Shown here one piece after another: positions 6,948 through 10,067 of a stretch of DNA of 10,067 nucleotides. The translations under genes and the position numbers were made by a program. Position 1 is the first letter of the stretch. Each line of letters begins with the position of its first letter. The notes beneath the pieces are model-generated. The model did not search any database and was not told the origin of the DNA. It saw only the letters and a program-made list of their open reading frames with translations. Source of the stretch: a virus. The stretch lies in UHGV virus genome UHGV-1547097. One strand, given 5' to 3'.

Positions 6948-7223
6948 ATGAAAGTCCAGATTTTAAACAATAACTCTGAAGTCGTTTGGTCATACGACAT
7001 AGCCGCCCCTGTAGATCAGAGCGGCGATAGCTGGACCAATGGGAAACATCAGATTATGGCTGGAGTTGTGTTCTCTTTACGCCGTGCTTTGGAACAGGCT
7101 GAAGTATTTCCATCAGACCCTGAATGGAAATGGCCTTTTTCTATTTGTCCAAATTCGGAGAGCACATTTCAGAAAATTGGTCAGAAAGTCGCACTCGAAG
7201 AGCATCAGCCAACTGTTTCCTGA
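6948..7223 (+). CDS. Hypothetical small protein (91 aa), first ORF downstream of cI
   Basis: ATG at 6948 preceded by AGGTG with a 6-nt spacer (track starts at ATG 6927, in frame). Last 83 nt overlap the convergent ORF 7141-7386. No family recognised and no Arg-rich N-like motif. Confidence 0.4.
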   Translation: MKVQILNNNSEVVWSYDIAAPVDQSGDSWTNGKHQIMAGVVFSLRRALEQAEVFPSDPEWKWPFSICPNSESTFQKIGQKVALEEHQPTVS

Positions 7224-7386
7224 TTTTTTCAGGTAACTCGTCGGCATCGCAGAAACAACAACGCTCGATCATGTTGAAAGCCGATTCGTAGAACTGTTTC
7301 TGCTGAGTGTCGCTGAGACAGGAAAAGAGCGACGTTACGATGATTTTATTAATTGCATTATCAAGTTCTTTTTCATCAAAAGTCAT
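7141..7386 (-). CDS. Hypothetical small protein (81 aa), convergent to the preceding ORF
   Basis: ATG at 7386 with AAGGA 7 nt upstream. Protein-like composition (MTFDEKELDNAINKIIVTSLF...ERCCFCDADELPEK). No family recognised. Confidence 0.45.
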   Translation of the reverse strand: MTFDEKELDNAINKIIVTSLFSCLSDTQQKQFYESAFNMIERCCFCDADELPEKIRKQLADALRVRLSDQFSEMCSPNLDK

Positions 7387-7640
7387 TTGATTTTCCTTTT
7401 ATGTATACGGGCTTAAAAGGATACCACCGAGCCTGAAGTGGTGAAAAGACAGGCACATAACAGCTAAGTATTTTCAACCAGAGAGAATCCTTAGCGTTGT
7501 GGTGAATGCGGCTCAGCGCACGCGGGTTAAGGTTGAGGCTGACAGTCGACCTTCTGTGGATACCCACCCGCCTGGTGTGCAACCTTCGCCAGGCACCGGG
7601 AGGCACCCGGCACCACAACTTTATGCTGTGTGTAGTCCTG

Positions 7641-7686
7641 GCGGTACCAGTTTGTACCCTTGCTTCCGGCTGGTACCGCTCTTTTT
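7641..7686 (+). terminator. Intrinsic-terminator-like hairpin followed by a T-run
   Basis: GCGGTACCAG (7641-7650) pairs with CTGGTACCGC (7670-7679) over a 19-nt loop, followed by TCTTTTT (7680-7686). The loop is long for a classical terminator. Confidence 0.45.
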
Positions 7687-7823
7687 ACAAAACGGAGAAG
7701 AGCATCACCGGACGACGGGCTCATAACCCAATCCATCCGGGCGGCTGCCACCGCAGGTGTTCTTCTCTGTTTTGTGGAGAAACTAATCGGCCTTGCAGGG
7801 TCGATATGATGAGGAGTAGCAAA

Positions 7824-8186
7824 ATGGCTAGCGAACGCAGTACTGATGTGCAGGCATTTATCGGGGAGCTGGACGGCGGCGTATTTGAAACCAAAATCGG
7901 CGCAGTTCTCAGTGAAGTCGCTTCCGGTGTGATGAACACGAAAACCAAAGGGAAGGTCTCACTCAATCTGGAAATCGAACCGTTTGATGAGAACCGTGTG
8001 AAAATCAAACACAAACTCTCATATGTTCGCCCGACTAACCGCGGGAAAATTTCCGAAGAAGACACCACCGAAACGCCGATGTATGTCAATCGCGGTGGTC
8101 GCCTGACTATTCTGCAGGAAGACCAGGGACAATTACTGACTCTTGCCGGTGAACCTGACGGAAAACTCCGCGCAGCAGGTCGTTAA
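7824..8186 (+). CDS. yfdP: YfdP-like phage protein (120 aa), unknown function
   Basis: ATG at 7824 with AGGAG 7 nt upstream. The track's upstream extension to 7506 lacks an RBS and lies in the structured noncoding region. Matches my recollection of E. coli K-12 CPS-53 YfdP (MASERSTDVQAFIGELDGG...). Confidence 0.7.
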   Translation: MASERSTDVQAFIGELDGGVFETKIGAVLSEVASGVMNTKTKGKVSLNLEIEPFDENRVKIKHKLSYVRPTNRGKISEEDTTETPMYVNRGGRLTILQEDQGQLLTLAGEPDGKLRAAGR

Positions 8187-8251
8187 TATCGTTCTTAATA
8201 AACTGATTATTTATCTCATCACTGAATATCTTTATATAGTGAGGACTTATT

Positions 8252-9075
8252 ATGTCTCAGAACTTAGACGCAACCGCAATTAATCAAATCCATGCCCTTA
8301 TTTCTGCTCAGGGTGTTAATGAAATTATCAGTAAGATTGGTGCCGATGCTGTGGCATTGCCTGAGAATTACCGCATTCATGATCTGGAAAAATTTAATTT
8401 AAATCGTTTCCGTTTCCGTGGTGCGCTTTCCACTGCCAGCATCGATGACTTTACCCGTTATTCTAAAGATCTTGCAGATGAAGGCACCCGCTGCTTTATC
8501 GATGCCGATAATATGCGTGCCGTCAGTGTGCTTAACCTGGGTACTATTGATGAGCCAGGTCACGCAGATAACACTGCCACTCTCAAACTGAAAAAGACAG
8601 CACCGTTCTCTGCTCTGTTGTCTGTTAACGGCGAGCGTAACTCCCAGAAATCACTGGCAGAATGGATTGAAGACTGGGCCGACTACCTTGTGGGCTTTGA
8701 TGCTAATGGTGATGCCATTCAGGCAACAAAAGCGGCTGCGGCAGTCCGTAAAATCACGATTGAAGCAAACCAGACCGCTGATTTTGAAGACAATGACTTC
8801 AGCGGCAAACGCTCCCTGATGGAGTCTGTCGAAGCGAAGACCAAAGATATTATGCCTGTGGCATTTGAATTTAAATGCGTTCCGTTTGAAGGTCTGAAAG
8901 AACGTCCGTTTAAATTACGCCTCAGCATTATCACTGGCGATCGTCCGTACTGGTTCTGCGCATTATTCAGCTGGAAGCGGTGCAGGAAGATATGGCTAAC
9001 GAATTTCGTGATCTGCTTGTTGAGAAATTCAAGGACAGCAAAGTAGAAACCTTTATTGGTACTTTCACCGCCTGA
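8252..9075 (+). pseudogene. yfdQ: YfdQ-like phage protein with an apparent single-base deletion (-1 frameshift near 8945-8950)
   Basis: ATG at 8252 with GAGGA 6 nt upstream. The starting frame reads protein-like sequence to about 8946, then Trp/Cys-rich text to TAG 9046. The -1 frame is open from 8914 and reads ...[42 protein letters not shown] to TGA at 9073-9075. Total span is 824 nt, one short of a multiple of three. Confidence 0.65.
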
Positions 9076-9087
9076 TTTCATTACTGC

Positions 9088-9109
9088 AAATGCCCCTGCG
9101 GGGGCATTT
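9088..9109 (+). terminator. GC-rich hairpin (possible weak intrinsic terminator) between the yfdQ-like and yfdR-like genes
   Basis: AAATGCCCC (9088-9096) pairs with GGGGCATTT (9101-9109) over a 4-nt loop, followed by ATGGAAAC, which is a poor U-tract. Confidence 0.3.
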
Positions 9110-9202
9110 ATGGAAACGTAATTGACTCAATAATCGCCGGATGGTGAGGGCTTCCTTTTACCCGAATTCAGCGCGGTGCAGCGCATATACGTGGAGAACA
9201 AA

Positions 9203-9739
9203 ATGTCATTTATTAAAACTTTTTCCGGGAAGCATTTTTATTATGACAGGATAAATAAAGACGACATCGTTATTAACGATATCGCGGTTTCCCTTTCAAA
9301 TATCTGTCGCTTTGCAGGACATCTTTCACACTTCTACAGTGTCGCTCAACATGCGGTGCTTTGCAGCCAGCTGGTGCCGCAGGAATTTGCTTTTGAAGCT
9401 TTAATGCATGATGCAACAGAAGCATATTGCCAGGACATCCCCGCACCACTGAAACGACTTCTTCCTGACTATAAACGGATGGAAGAAAAAATAGACGCCG
9501 TAATCCGTGAGAAATACGGGTTACCTCCTGTTATGAGCACGCCAGTGAAATATGCCGATCTCATTATGCTGGCAACCGAACGCCGCGATCTCGGGCTTGA
9601 TGATGGCTCTTTCTGGCCTGTACTGGAAGGTATCCCGGCAACAGAGATGTTCAAAGTGATTCCACAGGCACCGGGCCATGCCTACGGGATGTTTATGGAA
9701 CGCTTTAACGAGTTATCGGAGTTACGCAAATGCGCATGA
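9203..9739 (+). CDS. yfdR: HD-domain phosphohydrolase (YfdR-like; 5'-deoxynucleotidase-type)
   Basis: ATG at 9203 with GGAGA 5 nt upstream (track starts at GTG 9176). HD-domain metal-binding motifs: H..H (GHLSHFYSVAQHAV), HD (LMHDATEAY), downstream D (YADLIM). 178 aa. Confidence 0.8.
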   Translation: MSFIKTFSGKHFYYDRINKDDIVINDIAVSLSNICRFAGHLSHFYSVAQHAVLCSQLVPQEFAFEALMHDATEAYCQDIPAPLKRLLPDYKRMEEKIDAVIREKYGLPPVMSTPVKYADLIMLATERRDLGLDDGSFWPVLEGIPATEMFKVIPQAPGHAYGMFMERFNELSELRKCA

Positions 9740-10067
9740 ATGTTTTCGAAATGGAAGGGTTTCTTCGTGGGAGATGTGTACCGCGAGATCTGAAAGTAAA
9801 TGAAACAGATGCTGAATACCTGGTGCGTAAATTCGATGCGCTTGAAGCTAAATGTGCAGCACAGGAAAACAATGTAATACCAGTGTCAGCTGAACTGCCG
9901 CCAGCAAATGAAAGTGTTCTGTTATTTGATGCTAACGGAGAAGGCTGGCTAATTGGCTGGCGTTCTCTCTGGTACACCTGGGGACAAAAAGAAACCGGAG
10001 AATGGCTGTGGACATTTCAGGTCGGGGACCTTGAAAACGTCAATATCACTCACTGGGCAGTAATGCC
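9730..10067 (+). CDS. yfdS: YfdS-like phage protein, 5' partial; continues beyond window end
   Basis: ATG at 9730 overlaps the yfdR-like stop; GGAG 8 nt upstream. Open to the window end: MRMNVFEMEGFLRGRCVPRDLKVNETDAEYLVRKFDALEAKCAAQENNVIPVSAELPPANESVLLFDANGEGWLIGWRSLWYTWGQKETGEWLWTFQVGDLENVNITHWAVM. Not in the ORF track because it has no stop. Confidence 0.7.
   Translation, partial: MRMNVFEMEGFLRGRCVPRDLKVNETDAEYLVRKFDALEAKCAAQENNVIPVSAELPPANESVLLFDANGEGWLIGWRSLWYTWGQKETGEWLWTFQVGDLENVNITHWAVM

Larger units (their letters stand above)
1..10067. mobile_element. Lambdoid prophage, immunity/early region (cI-cro switch, replication module, nin-like region, start of Q; early-left accessory operon)
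   Basis: Gene content and order typical of lambdoid phages: divergent cI/cro, replication initiator with internal iterons, RusA, Q antiterminator at one edge, and compact operons with overlapping stop/start codons. Confidence 0.85.

Noticed and set aside
6948-7223. N-type antiterminator as first gene of the leftward operon
   Set aside because: The product has no arginine-rich N-terminal motif and I found no boxA/boxB-like nut hairpin next to the candidate PL promoter.
7376-7751. ORFs 7376-7618 (-), 7499-7726 (+), 7527-7751 (-) and the 5' extension of 7506-8186
   Set aside because: Mutually overlapping, mostly non-ATG starts, no Shine-Dalgarno, Pro/Arg/Gly-rich products; the region is better explained as structured noncoding DNA, with the yfdP-like gene starting at the strong RBS at 7824.
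8905-8950. Programmed -1 ribosomal frameshift in the yfdQ-like gene
   Set aside because: No X XXY YYZ slippery heptamer in the starting frame and no downstream pseudoknot-like structure; a one-base deletion or sequencing error is simpler.
8719-9977. Antisense ORFs 8719-9081, 9469-9654, 9705-9977 (-)
   Set aside because: Lie opposite the yfdQ-, yfdR- and yfdS-like genes with no RBS and Ser/Arg-rich low-complexity products.
1-10067. SOS boxes, CRISPR repeats, tRNA or IS elements
   Set aside because: Scanning for CTGT-N8-ACAG gave no convincing site; no regularly spaced direct repeats with unique spacers; no tRNA-like cloverleaf candidates or terminal inverted repeats with a transposase ORF were seen. 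The only tandem repeats are the iterons.

Overview
The window reads as the immunity and early region of a lambdoid (temperate, lambda-like) prophage from an Escherichia-like enterobacterium. Everything here is read from the sequence and from memory of protein families; no search was run. A divergent cI-like repressor (+, 6115-6741) and cro-like gene (-, 5817-6017) sit in the centre, separated by a 97-bp switch region with repeated 14-bp palindromes of the form CTAAG-N4-(C/G)TTAG. Leftward on the - strand runs a tightly packed early-right operon: CII-position protein, small ORF, replication initiator with iterons inside its coding sequence, YfdN-like protein, Dam-type N6-adenine methyltransferase, a LexA DNA-binding-domain-only protein, RusA resolvase, a KilA-N/Roi-like protein, a DUF968-like gene interrupted by an in-frame TAA, and the 5' part of a Q antiterminator running off the window start. 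Rightward on the + strand, after cI, come a putative PL/OL region, two convergently overlapping small ORFs, a 437-bp structured noncoding stretch with a terminator-like hairpin, then YfdP-, YfdQ- (frameshifted), YfdR- (HD phosphohydrolase) and YfdS-like genes. The most interesting candidates are the LexA-DBD-only protein, the small-ORF pair just downstream of cI, the structured noncoding stretch and the yfdPQRS-like cluster. No tRNA, rRNA, CRISPR array or IS element was seen. Start codons are chosen by ribosome-binding-site inspection and may differ from the supplied ORF track, which appears to allow GTG/TTG starts.
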